Source: an uncultured Actinomycetota bacterium
GTDB lineage: Bacteria; Actinomycetota; Actinomycetes; Propionibacteriales; Nocardioidaceae
Assembly (NCBI GenBank): GCA_963769755.1
Contig: CAVYMY010000001.1
Span: 90,243-154,242 of the forward strand
Direction: 5' to 3'
Length of the DNA stretch: 64,000 bases
The translations under genes and the position numbers were made by a program. The notes beneath the pieces were generated by a model. The model was not told the DNA's origin. It saw only the letters and a list, made by a program, of their open reading frames with translations, and did not search any database. Below, piece by piece: positions 20,312 to 29,108 of the stretch (within the stretch, counting starts at the first letter, position 1; every line of letters begins with the position of its first letter).

Positions 20312-20890
20312 TCAGGAGGTGCTCTGCGTGGCGTCCCAAGTGAAGTCGAGGGTCGTCTGCGCGTCCTGGTACTCGTTCCCGGCTGCGGCGTCGAAGGTCA
20401 CCGTGAACGTGAAGTTGTGCGTCTCACCGGCCGCCCAGGTGCCGAGATCGACGGTGGTGACCGCCCCGAGCTTGCCTGTGTAGACCTCGTCCGTCCCGTC
20501 CGTGATGACCAGATCCACCACCTGTGAGAACGGCGGTGTCGACGGGGTGTCCACCAGGTTGCTGGCCGTCAACGTGAAGTCACCGTCAGCGTCGCCGACG
20601 TTGGTGATCGATACGGTCCCGTCGCCGGACTCTCCCGGAAGCAGGTCCTCGACCGTGAGGATGGCCTTCCCGTCCTCCGAGTTGTCCTGTTCCATGATGC
20701 CGCTCGTCGCGATGTTTCCTGGGTTGGCCGAGCTGCTGCCGAAGAGGCTGAACGAGAACGTGACGACCAGTGCCGCGATGACAAGGACGACGAGCGCAAC
20801 GATCAGCTTGGTCGAGTTCTTGCCCATCCAGGCCAAGCGTTCCTGAGCGGTAGGGTCGGTGGCCGGCTCAGGCTGCGGTGTGGTGGTCAT
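20312..20890 (-). CDS. TasA/CalY-like secreted protein 1 (probable major subunit, first gene of the operon)
   Basis: Signal ...TFSFS-LFGSSSANPGN; LLPGESGDGTVSITNVG, VYTGKL, AGNEYQ...LDFTWDATQ, the CalY/TasA beta-sandwich pattern. Confidence 0.8.
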   Translation of the reverse strand: MTTTPQPEPATDPTAQERLAWMGKNSTKLIVALVVLVIAALVVTFSFSLFGSSSANPGNIATSGIMEQDNSEDGKAILTVEDLLPGESGDGTVSITNVGDADGDFTLTASNLVDTPSTPPFSQVVDLVITDGTDEVYTGKLGAVTTVDLGTWAAGETHNFTFTVTFDAAAGNEYQDAQTTLDFTWDATQSTS

Positions 20891-21054
20891 AGCGTTCCCC
20901 GATCGTCGGCTTAGTCCACCTGTCGATGGTCGCGCCTAGTCCCGGGCCTGACATCCCCCGAAGCGGGTGACCTGTCGAGGTGCCGCACGAGGTCGAGTTC
21001 GGCGCCTCGCCAGGCTCCGAGCATGGCAAGCGCGCGCGCTCAGGAGACGAAGAA

Positions 21055-21079
21055 CGGAAGGGAGTCCCGCTCCCTTCCG
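21055..21079. terminator. perfect 10-bp hairpin, terminator-like or insulator
   Basis: CGGAAGGGAG-tcccg-CTCCCTTCCG; followed by TTCTTC on the minus strand and TATTT on the plus strand. Confidence 0.45.
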
Positions 21080-21101
21080 TATTTAACGTATAACGCATCG
21101 G

Positions 21102-21120
21102 GGGGCTTGCGGCAAGGCCC
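21102..21120 (+). promoter_or_regulatory. rifamycin-associated element (RAE)
   Basis: 19-bp imperfect inverted repeat GGGGCTTGCGGCAAGGCCC, 54 bp upstream of helR and just after a TATAAC -10-like hexamer; matches the RAE consensus as I recall it. Confidence 0.8.
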
Positions 21121-21174
21121 CCTTCAGGCTGCAGAATCGCCGGCCGTGGCCAGAACCTACTCGGAGTTGATGCC

Positions 21175-23343
21175 GTGAATCCCGTGACTACCACCGCGTT
21201 CGACCTGCCCGACCACCTCGCGCCCAAGGCCGATGCCGCGCTGATCGCCCGCGACGAGGAGCACTTCGCGGCCATCGCGAGCAGCCTCGAGCACTCGATC
21301 GCCGACCTGTCGGACCGGCTCGATGCCGCGCGCAGGGAGGCCGGCGGGACGGGCCAGGAAGCCATGGACCGCGACCTCGAGGTGCACCGGCTGACCGGCC
21401 GCCTGCGGACCCTGCGTCGCTTCGGTCTCGACCTCTGCCTCGGGCACATGGTCACGGCAGCCGACCAGGAGCCCGTGTACGTCGGCCGGCTCGGCCTGAC
21501 CGACAGCGCCGGTCGCCGGCTCCTGGTCGACTGGCGCTCGCCCGCGGCCGAGCCGTTCTTCGGAGCGACTCATGCCAACCCGATGGGTCTGTCGAGCCGC
21601 CGCCGCTATCGCTGGACCCGTGGCCGGATCAGCGACTACTGGGACGAGGTGTTCACCGCCGACGGGTTCGACGGGCACGCCGCAGCCCTCGACGACCAGT
21701 CCGCTTTCATCGCCAGCCTGGGCAGCAGCCGGTCGCCCCGGATGCGCGACGTGCTCGCGACCATCCAGGCCGACCAGGACACAATCATCCGCGCCGGATC
21801 CCGCGGCGCGCTGGTCGTCGACGGCGGGCCGGGCACGGGCAAGACCGTCGTGGCGCTGCACCGCACGGCGTACCTGCTGTACTCCGATCCGCGCCTGGGT
21901 CACCGCCGGGGCGGCGTGCTGTTCGTCGGTCCGCACCAGCCCTACCTGGCGTACGTCGCCGACGTCCTCCCGAGCCTGGGGGAGGAGGGCGTGCAGACGT
22001 GCACGCTGCGCGACCTCGTCCCCGACGGCGCTGCGGCGGCGGTCGAAGCCGACCCCGACGTGGCCCTCCTGAAGTCGTCCGTGGACATGGTGAAGGCGAT
22101 CGAGCCGGCCGTGCGGCTCTACGAGGAGCCACCCACCGAGGGACTGGAGGTCGAGACCCCGTGGGGCGACCTCTGGCTCAGCGCCGACGAGTGGGCGGAG
22201 GCGTTCGAGTCGCCCGATCCCGGCATGCCGCACAACGAGGCGCGCGACCAGATCTGGGAGGAGCTGGTCGCCATCCTCGGTGACAAGCTGGACGACGAGG
22301 ACGTCTCGCCCGAAGAGCTGCGCGGCTCGCTGCTCCGGAACGAGGAACTGGTGTCGACCCTCGGCAAGGCGTGGCCGTTGCTGGAGGCGACCGACCTGGT
22401 CGGCGACCTCTGGTCAGTGCCGGCGTACCTGCGGATGTGTGCCCCCTGGCTCGGGCCAGACGAGGTCCGCAGGCTGCAACGCCGGGATCCGCAGGCCTGG
22501 ACCGTCTCCGACCTGCCGCTCCTGGACGCGGCCCGGCACCGGCTCGGCGACCCCGAGGCATCGCGTCGCAAGCGCCGGCAGGAGGCGGCCCTGGCCGCCC
22601 AGCGGGAGGAGATGTCCCGGGTCGTCGATCACCTCATCGAGACCGACGACTCCGACATGCAGGTGATGTCGATGCTGCGCGGGGACGACCTGCGGGACAA
22701 GTGGGTCGACGAGGCGGCGCTGCCGGGCGCCGACCCAGACCTGCTGGCCGGCCCGTTCGCGCACATCGTCGTGGACGAGGCGCAAGAGCTGACCGACGCC
22801 GAGTGGCAGATGCTGCTGCGCCGTTGCCCGTCGCGGAGCCTCACCGTCGTCGGCGACCGCGCGCAGGCCCGGCACGGGTTCACGGAGTCGTGGGAGGAGC
22901 GACTCGAGCGGATCGGGCTCGACAACGTCAACCTGGCGTCGTTGAGCATCAACTACCGGACGCCGGAAGAAGTCATGGCCGAAGCCGAGCCGGTCATCCG
23001 GGCCGTGCTCCCGGACGCCAACGTGCCGACCTCGATCCGCAGCGGCGGCGTCCCCGTCGTGCACGGCTCTGTCTCGGGGCTGCGCTCGATCCTCGACTCC
23101 TGGCTGGCCGAGCATGACGACGGGATCGCGTGCGTCATCGGCGTCGGTGAGCTCGAGGACGGCACTCTGCCTGCGACGTCCCGCGTTCGGTCACTCACTC
23201 CGGAGCTGTCGAAGGGCCTCGAGTTCGACCTGGTGGTCCTCATCGACCCGGACACGTTCGGCGACGGCATCGAAGGGGCCGTCGACCGCTATGTGGCGAT
23301 GACCCGTGCGACCCAGCAGCTCGTCATCCTGACGAGCCCGTGA
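21175..23343 (+). CDS. helR: RNA polymerase recycling motor ATPase HelR (HelD family, rifamycin target protection)
   Basis: N-terminus AFDLPDHL..KAD..LIA.DE.HF; TIQADQD, GGPGTGKT, VVDEAQE, VGDRAQ, NYRTP, KGLEFD, YVAMTRAT; upstream RAE. Confidence 0.92.
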   Translation: MNPVTTTAFDLPDHLAPKADAALIARDEEHFAAIASSLEHSIADLSDRLDAARREAGGTGQEAMDRDLEVHRLTGRLRTLRRFGLDLCLGHMVTAADQEPVYVGRLGLTDSAGRRLLVDWRSPAAEPFFGATHANPMGLSSRRRYRWTRGRISDYWDEVFTADGFDGHAAALDDQSAFIASLGSSRSPRMRDVLATIQADQDTIIRAGSRGALVVDGGPGTGKTVVALHRTAYLLYSDPRLGHRRGGVLFVGPHQPYLAYVADVLPSLGEEGVQTCTLRDLVPDGAAAAVEADPDVALLKSSVDMVKAIEPAVRLYEEPPTEGLEVETPWGDLWLSADEWAEAFESPDPGMPHNEARDQIWEELVAILGDKLDDEDVSPEELRGSLLRNEELVSTLGKAWPLLEATDLVGDLWSVPAYLRMCAPWLGPDEVRRLQRRDPQAWTVSDLPLLDAARHRLGDPEASRRKRRQEAALAAQREEMSRVVDHLIETDDSDMQVMSMLRGDDLRDKWVDEAALPGADPDLLAGPFAHIVVDEAQELTDAEWQMLLRRCPSRSLTVVGDRAQARHGFTESWEERLERIGLDNVNLASLSINYRTPEEVMAEAEPVIRAVLPDANVPTSIRSGGVPVVHGSVSGLRSILDSWLAEHDDGIACVIGVGELEDGTLPATSRVRSLTPELSKGLEFDLVVLIDPDTFGDGIEGAVDRYVAMTRATQQLVILTSP

Positions 23344-23359
23344 GTCGACCGGCTGACAT

Positions 23360-24601
23360 TCAGACGATCGCCTCGTCGGCGGCGGCCGGCTCGGCGGGTA
23401 CGACGTCCTCGGACTTCATCGACGGTCGGGCGTCGTCGGCGGGGCCGAGGCCGGCGTACGCGCGGGCCATCCGGTTGACGAACTGGTAGACGCCGTCCTC
23501 CTCCGGGGCCATCGGACCGGGGATGGCGTGCGGGCTGGTGAGGCCACGTTGCACCGCCTCGCAGGCCGCCCAGTCCTGGCGGTTGGTGATGTCCCAGAAG
23601 TCCACGGCGTACGACGGGTCGAACCCCTCGCGCTCGGCCACGTGGCGCGGGAACGCCCACGAGCACTCGACGAACGTGCGGTCGGCAGCGAGCGGCCGCA
23701 GCGTGTGGGTCATCACGTAGTCGGGGTGCAGGCTGATCAGCAGGTTCGGGAAGGCCACCAGGTACATCACCGTGCGCAGCTCGACGTCGGTCAGTCCCTC
23801 GATCGCCACGCCACCGCTACGCCCGTCGAGCGACATGGTGTCGGCGTCGGGCACCAGGTCCATCCAGCCCCCCATCCACTCGCCGTCGGGCTCGAGGTTC
23901 TCGCCGCTCTGGGGCGGGCTGACGCGGCACAGCTCGGGGTGGATCGAGGGGCAGTGATAACACTCCTGGTAGTTCTCGGCGATGATCTTCCAGTTCGTCT
24001 CGAGCTCGTAGGAGTGCGACGCGACGGTGACCAGGTCCTCGGGGCGGTAGTTGGCGACGATCTGTTCGAGACCGGCGGCGTGCTCCTCGAACGACCCGCC
24101 CTCACCACTGGGGTCCACGAACACCCAGCCGTGCCACTCCACGACGTTCAGCTCGACCAGGCCGAACTGCGTCTTGTCGAAGTCCGGGAGGTCGCGGAAG
24201 CCGCCGGGAGCGTTGCGCAGCGAGCCATCGAGCTTGTAGTTCCAGCCGTGGTAGGGGCAGACGATCGATCGCTTGCTGACCGACACCCCGCATGCGACGA
24301 GCTCATGACCACGATGGCGGCAGACGTTCGCGAAGGCGCGCAGCGTGCCGTCCTCGCCGCGCACCAGCAGCACTCCGCCGGCGCCGGTCTCGACCGCGGT
24401 CTGGGCGCCGGTCTCGGCGAATCTCTCCCCGCGACCCAGGCACATCCACCCGGAGAAGACGTTGGCCTGCTCCCAGTCGTAGACCGCCGGGTCGACGTAC
24501 GCGAGGCGGGGCAGCATCCGGGAAGTCCCAAAGGGGGCGTACGCCGTCGCCACCTCGTCGGCGGGGAGCGGGGCGACGGTGCCGCGCAACTGATTGAACA
24601 T
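23360..24601 (-). CDS. Rieske non-heme iron oxygenase alpha subunit (GbcA/choline monooxygenase-like)
   Basis: CRHRG...CPYHGW Rieske ligands; ENYQECYHCPSIH mononuclear Fe ligands; QDW.ACE.VQRG. Confidence 0.9.
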   Translation of the reverse strand: MFNQLRGTVAPLPADEVATAYAPFGTSRMLPRLAYVDPAVYDWEQANVFSGWMCLGRGERFAETGAQTAVETGAGGVLLVRGEDGTLRAFANVCRHRGHELVACGVSVSKRSIVCPYHGWNYKLDGSLRNAPGGFRDLPDFDKTQFGLVELNVVEWHGWVFVDPSGEGGSFEEHAAGLEQIVANYRPEDLVTVASHSYELETNWKIIAENYQECYHCPSIHPELCRVSPPQSGENLEPDGEWMGGWMDLVPDADTMSLDGRSGGVAIEGLTDVELRTVMYLVAFPNLLISLHPDYVMTHTLRPLAADRTFVECSWAFPRHVAEREGFDPSYAVDFWDITNRQDWAACEAVQRGLTSPHAIPGPMAPEEDGVYQFVNRMARAYAGLGPADDARPSMKSEDVVPAEPAAADEAIV

Positions 24602-24609
24602 GCAGTCAA
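24594..24609. promoter_or_regulatory. putative TetR/BetI-type operator, copy 1 (overlaps the Rieske gene start codon)
   Basis: TTGAACATGCAGTCAA. Confidence 0.65.
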
Positions 24610-24669
24610 TCCTAGGGTTCGGGGTCGATGGGGTCCAGCGTTGCACGCGCCCGACTTCCCGGCACTCGA

Positions 24670-24685
24670 TTGAACAACCGTTCAA
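24670..24685. promoter_or_regulatory. putative TetR/BetI-type operator, copy 2
   Basis: TTGAACAACCGTTCAA with perfect 6-bp arms, 19 bp upstream of the GcvT-family gene. Confidence 0.65.
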
Positions 24686-24704
24686 CCAGTGGCAGGCTGC
24701 GTCC

Positions 24705-27237
24705 ATGTCGCTCGACTTCACCGCCATCAATCCCTCCGCTGCCCGGGCCGAGGCCGCATCGCCATCTCCCTCCGGTGAGCTCCCGAGCCGGGCGCAGTAC
24801 GTCGTCGTCGGCGGCGGCGTGATCGGGACGTCGATCGCCTATCACCTCGCGCTGCTGGGTGCGACCGACGTGGTGCTCCTGGAGCGCAAGCAGCTCACCT
24901 CGGGCACCACCTGGCACGCCGCGGGAGAGATCGTCTCGGGCGGCACGACGGAGGACGCGCTGTGGATGGCGCGCTACTCCGCCGAGCTCTATGCCCGGCT
25001 CGAGGAGGAGACGGGGCTCTCCACGGGGTTCCGCCAGTGCGGCTACCTCCAGCTGGCCACGACGCCACGCGCCGACGAGAGCCTGCGCCGCGAGACGGCG
25101 TACATGCGCTCGGTGGGGATGGCCAAGGAGGTGCTGTCGCCGCGTGAGGTGGCCGACCTGGTGCCGCTGATGCGCACCGACGACGTCATCCACGGCTTCT
25201 GGACCGCCGACGAGGGACGGGCCAACCCGGTCGACGTGACGATGTCGATGGCCAAGGGTGCCCGGCAGCGAGGCGTGCGGATCTTCGAGAACACCGAGGT
25301 CACCGGCTTCGCCCTCGACCGCGGCAAGGTCGTCGGCGTCCGCACCGAGCGCGGCGACATCGAGTGCGAGAAGGTCGTGCTCGCCGCCGGGCTGTGGGGT
25401 CGCGAGCTGGCGGCCAAGGCGGGTGTCACCGTGCCGCTCCAGGCCGCGGAGCACTACTACCTGCTCACCGAGCCCATCGCCGGAGTCACGCCGGAGTCGG
25501 TGCCGGTGATCGAGGACGGCGAGGCCTACGGCTACTACCGCGAGGAGGGCGGCGGCCTGCTGGTCGGGATGTTCGAGCCGGTCGCGAAGGCCTGGGCCCT
25601 GGACGGTACGCCGCGAGACAGCGCGTTCGCCGTGCTCCCGCCCGACTGGGACCGGATGGGGCCGTTCCTGGAGGTCGCGATGCGGCGCTTCCCGGCGCTA
25701 GAGGACGTCGGGATCCGCACGCTCTTCTGCGGGCCGGAGAGCTTCACCGACGACCTGTCACCGATGCTGGGTGAGTCTCCCGAGGTCGACAACCTCTACC
25801 TCGCCTGCGGTCTGAACTCGGTCGGCATCCTCTCCGGTGGCGGCCTCGGCCACATGATGGCGCAGTGGCTGATCGAGGGGCACCCACCGCTCGACGTCAC
25901 GAGCGTCGGCGTCGACCGGGCGCACGAGTTCCAGGCGACCCGGCAGTTCCGTGAGGAACGCACCGTGCAGCGGCTGGGCTTCCTGCTCAACGACCTGTCC
26001 TGGCCGAACGCCCAGAACCAGCACGCCCGCAACGTGCGCCGGTCGCCGTACCACGCCCAGCACGTCGCCGACGGCGCCCACTTCGTCGCCACCAGCGGCT
26101 GGGAGTACCCCGACTACTTCGCCGGGCCGGGCGTGACTCCGACCGTGGCGTGGGGCTACGCGCGCGGCGAGGCGTTCGAGCGCACCCGCGAGGAGCACCT
26201 GCAGGCCCGCGAGAACCTCGCGATCTTCGACCTGTCGCTGATGTCGCACCACCTCGTGCAGGGGCCCGACGCGATGGCCGTGCTCAACCGGGTCTGCGCC
26301 AACGACGTCGACACCCCGGCCGGGCGGCTCGTCTACACCCAGTGGCTCGACGAACGCGGCGGCATCATCGCCGACGTCACGGTCACCCGGCTGGCCGAGG
26401 ACACCTACGTCGTGATCAGCGGCGACAACATCCACCGCCGGGTGCCGGCCTGGATCCGCCGCCAGACCCGCGAGGCCGAGTTCGTCACGGTCACCGACGT
26501 CACCGGCAGCTACTCGATGCTGTCGGTGCAGGGCCCTAGGTCTCGCGAGCTGCTGCAGCGACTCAGCCCGAACGACTGGTCGGACGCCGCCTTTCCCTAC
26601 CTCACGGCTCAGAAGGTCGAGCTCGGCTACACCCCGCTCTGGGCGTTGCGGGTGACGTACGTCGGTGAGCTGGGCTGGGACCTGATGGTCCCCACCGAGT
26701 TCGGTGCCACGCTCTACGACCAGCTGCGAGAGGCCGGTGCGGAGCTCGGCTCATCCGGGGAGTTCCGCCCCACCGGCGTCGGCGCGCTGGAGACGATGCG
26801 ACTGGAGAAGGCCTTCCGCGACATGGGCCACGACATCGACTCCACGGACACGCCGCTCGAGGCCGGGCTCGGCTTCGCGGTCGCCTGGGACAAGCCCGGC
26901 GGCTTCGTCGGCCGCGACGCGCTGCTCAAGCAGCGCGAGTCCGGTCCGCTGACCAGTCGGCTGGTCAACGTGCTGCTCGACCTCGCCCGACTACGACCTC
27001 TACGGCGACGAGCCGGTCTACTGGGACGGCAAGCCTGTCGGTCACGTCCGCAGCGGCGGTTTCGGCCACTCGCTGGGCGCAGCGTGCGGGATCGCCGGGA
27101 TCGGCCGCGACGAGGGCATCACCGCCGCCGACCTGGGCGCCGGCTCTTTCGAGATCGACGTCGCGGGCACCAGGGTGCCGGCCCAGGTGTCGCTGAAGCC
27201 GTTCTTCGACCCGGCTCGGTCGCGCATCCTCGGCTGA
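24705..27237 (+). CDS. GcvT-family FAD/THF-dependent amine oxidoreductase (dimethylglycine/sarcosine dehydrogenase-like), one frameshift near 26980
   Basis: VVGGGVIG, SGTTWHAAG, GPESFT, GWEYP, FDLS, YVGELGW, MRLEK; the last ~85 aa (DLYGDEPV...PFFDP.R.RI) lie in a second frame. Confidence 0.9.
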
Positions 27238-27256
27238 TCGCGCGACGTCGGCGGGC

Positions 27257-28132
27257 CTACGTCTCGCCGGTGAAGGAGCCGATCGACTCCTTGGTGCCGG
27301 CGCGACGTCCGAGCCACCGGTAGACGAAGAAGCCCAGGGTCACCGCGAGCAGGGCGGCGACGAGCATCAGCGTGGCCAGCGCGTTGAGCGCGGGCGTCGG
27401 CGCCGCGCGAGCGGTCTGGTAGATCTTCACCGACGTCGGCTCGGTGGTGGAGTCGCCCGACAGGTAGCGGACGATCACGAAGTCGTCGATCACGTCGGCG
27501 AAGACCAGGACGGCGCTCGCGACGATCGCCGGCACCAGCATCGGCAGGATCACCCGGCGCTGGGCAGAGATCGGCGACGCGCCGAGATCCATCGCGGCCT
27601 CCTCGAGGTCGGTGCCGATGGTCGCCAGCCGGGCCCGCACGAGGATCGCCGGATAGGACAGCTGGAAGGTCACCAGGCCGATGACCTGCGCGGTCGTGCC
27701 CAGGGTGAACGGCAGGACCAGCTGGGTCACCACCAACAGGAGAGCGACCGCCAGCAGCGTCTCGGGAATCACGAACGACAGCAGCAGCATGGAGTTGGCG
27801 GTGCTCGGCAGCCGGCCGCGCCAGCGGTCCAGCCCGATGGCCAGCGCGACGCCGAGGGGCACGGTGACCAGCGTGGTCAGCACGCCGAGCTTGAGGGTCT
27901 GCACGAGCGCCTGCTGGAGCGCGTCGTCATGCCAGACCGAGCGCAGCGGGTCGCCGTAGTACCAGCGCATCGAGAACCCCTGCCAGCTGGTGCGGGAGCG
28001 CCCGTCGTTGAAGGAGAACAACGCCGCTACCAGCACCGGCAGCAGCGACCAGAGCAGATAGAGGATGGTGACCGCCGCGAGCACCCGGGGCTTGCGCCAC
28101 GGGTCGCGCCACCAGGTGGTCGGCGCCCTCAT
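27257..28132 (-). CDS. polyamine-type ABC transporter permease (PotC-like)
   Basis: FSFNDG, GFS..WY, EEAAMDLGA EAA loop, DDF. Confidence 0.9.
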   Translation of the reverse strand: MRAPTTWWRDPWRKPRVLAAVTILYLLWSLLPVLVAALFSFNDGRSRTSWQGFSMRWYYGDPLRSVWHDDALQQALVQTLKLGVLTTLVTVPLGVALAIGLDRWRGRLPSTANSMLLLSFVIPETLLAVALLLVVTQLVLPFTLGTTAQVIGLVTFQLSYPAILVRARLATIGTDLEEAAMDLGASPISAQRRVILPMLVPAIVASAVLVFADVIDDFVIVRYLSGDSTTEPTSVKIYQTARAAPTPALNALATLMLVAALLAVTLGFFVYRWLGRRAGTKESIGSFTGET

Positions 28133-28142
28133 GGCAGCACCC

Positions 28143-29108
28143 TCATGCCAGGGCTCCGTCGGACCGGGACACCGAGCGGACGTAGTAGAGCATCGGGAGC
28201 AGGGAGACCAGGAGCACCAGCAGCACGAAGGCGCCCGCCTGCCCCGTCTGGCCGGGCGTCAGCACGGTCTCGTTGATCAGGTTGCCGACCATCGAGGTGC
28301 TCGGCGAACCGGACAGCAGGTCGCTGGTGAAGTAGTCGCCGAGCATCGGCAGGCAGGTCAGCAGCACGCTGGCCACCACGATGGGTCGCGACATCGGCAG
28401 GGTGACCCGCCAGAACGCCGAGGCGCGGCTGGCCCCGAGGTCACGCGCGCTCTCCACGAGGTCGGCGGGCAGGCGGTCCAGGCCGGCGTACAACGGGATG
28501 ATCATGTAGGGCACGTAGCCGTAGACGAGTCCGAGGATGACGACCGGACCGTGCCCGGAGAGCCACCTCGTGTCGTCGGGCAGCAGACCGCCGAGCGAGA
28601 TGATGCGGTTGACGAGCCCGTCGTTGGCCAGCAGGTTGACCCAGGCCAGCATCCGCATCATGTAGCTGATCCAGAACGGCGCGATCAGCAGGGTCAGGAG
28701 CAGGCCCCGCCACCGGCCCGCCAGCCGGGCGACGTAGTAGGCGATCGGGAACGCGATGACCAGGCACAGCACGCTCGCGGTGAGGACGAAGACCGCTGTG
28801 CGCAACAACGCGGGCCCGAAGATCCCGTTCTTGCCGGCGATGTGGGACAGGACGTACATCGGCTGGTCGGAGGACCACAGCAGCGGGTTCCACACCGGGA
28901 TGACCGTGCGGAAGACCGGGTCGACGCCACCGAAGACGACGGCCAGCACGACGTAGAGGGGCGCGACGAAGAACAGCGCCAGCCAGGCGATGCCGGGCAG
29001 GGCGAGCAGCGGGCCGAGGGCCCTGCCCCGCCGGCCGCGGCGAGGCGGTGGAGGGGCCGGCTCGACGGGGTCTGGATCCTGGCTGAGCGGGAGGGGCGCC
29101 GCCGTCAC
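28143..29108 (-). CDS. polyamine-type ABC transporter permease (PotB-like)
   Basis: GTG overlaps the SBP stop; APFWISY..R, YVPYMI.PLY, ESARDLGA EAA loop. Confidence 0.9.
   Translation of the reverse strand: MTAAPLPLSQDPDPVEPAPPPPRRGRRGRALGPLLALPGIAWLALFFVAPLYVVLAVVFGGVDPVFRTVIPVWNPLLWSSDQPMYVLSHIAGKNGIFGPALLRTAVFVLTASVLCLVIAFPIAYYVARLAGRWRGLLLTLLIAPFWISYMMRMLAWVNLLANDGLVNRIISLGGLLPDDTRWLSGHGPVVILGLVYGYVPYMIIPLYAGLDRLPADLVESARDLGASRASAFWRVTLPMSRPIVVASVLLTCLPMLGDYFTSDLLSGSPSTSMVGNLINETVLTPGQTGQAGAFVLLVLLVSLLPMLYYVRSVSRSDGALA

Noticed and set aside
17509-20890. Camelysin (M73) metalloprotease activity for the TasA-like proteins
   Set aside because: No HExxH or other metal-binding motif; the family is better supported as structural fibre subunits
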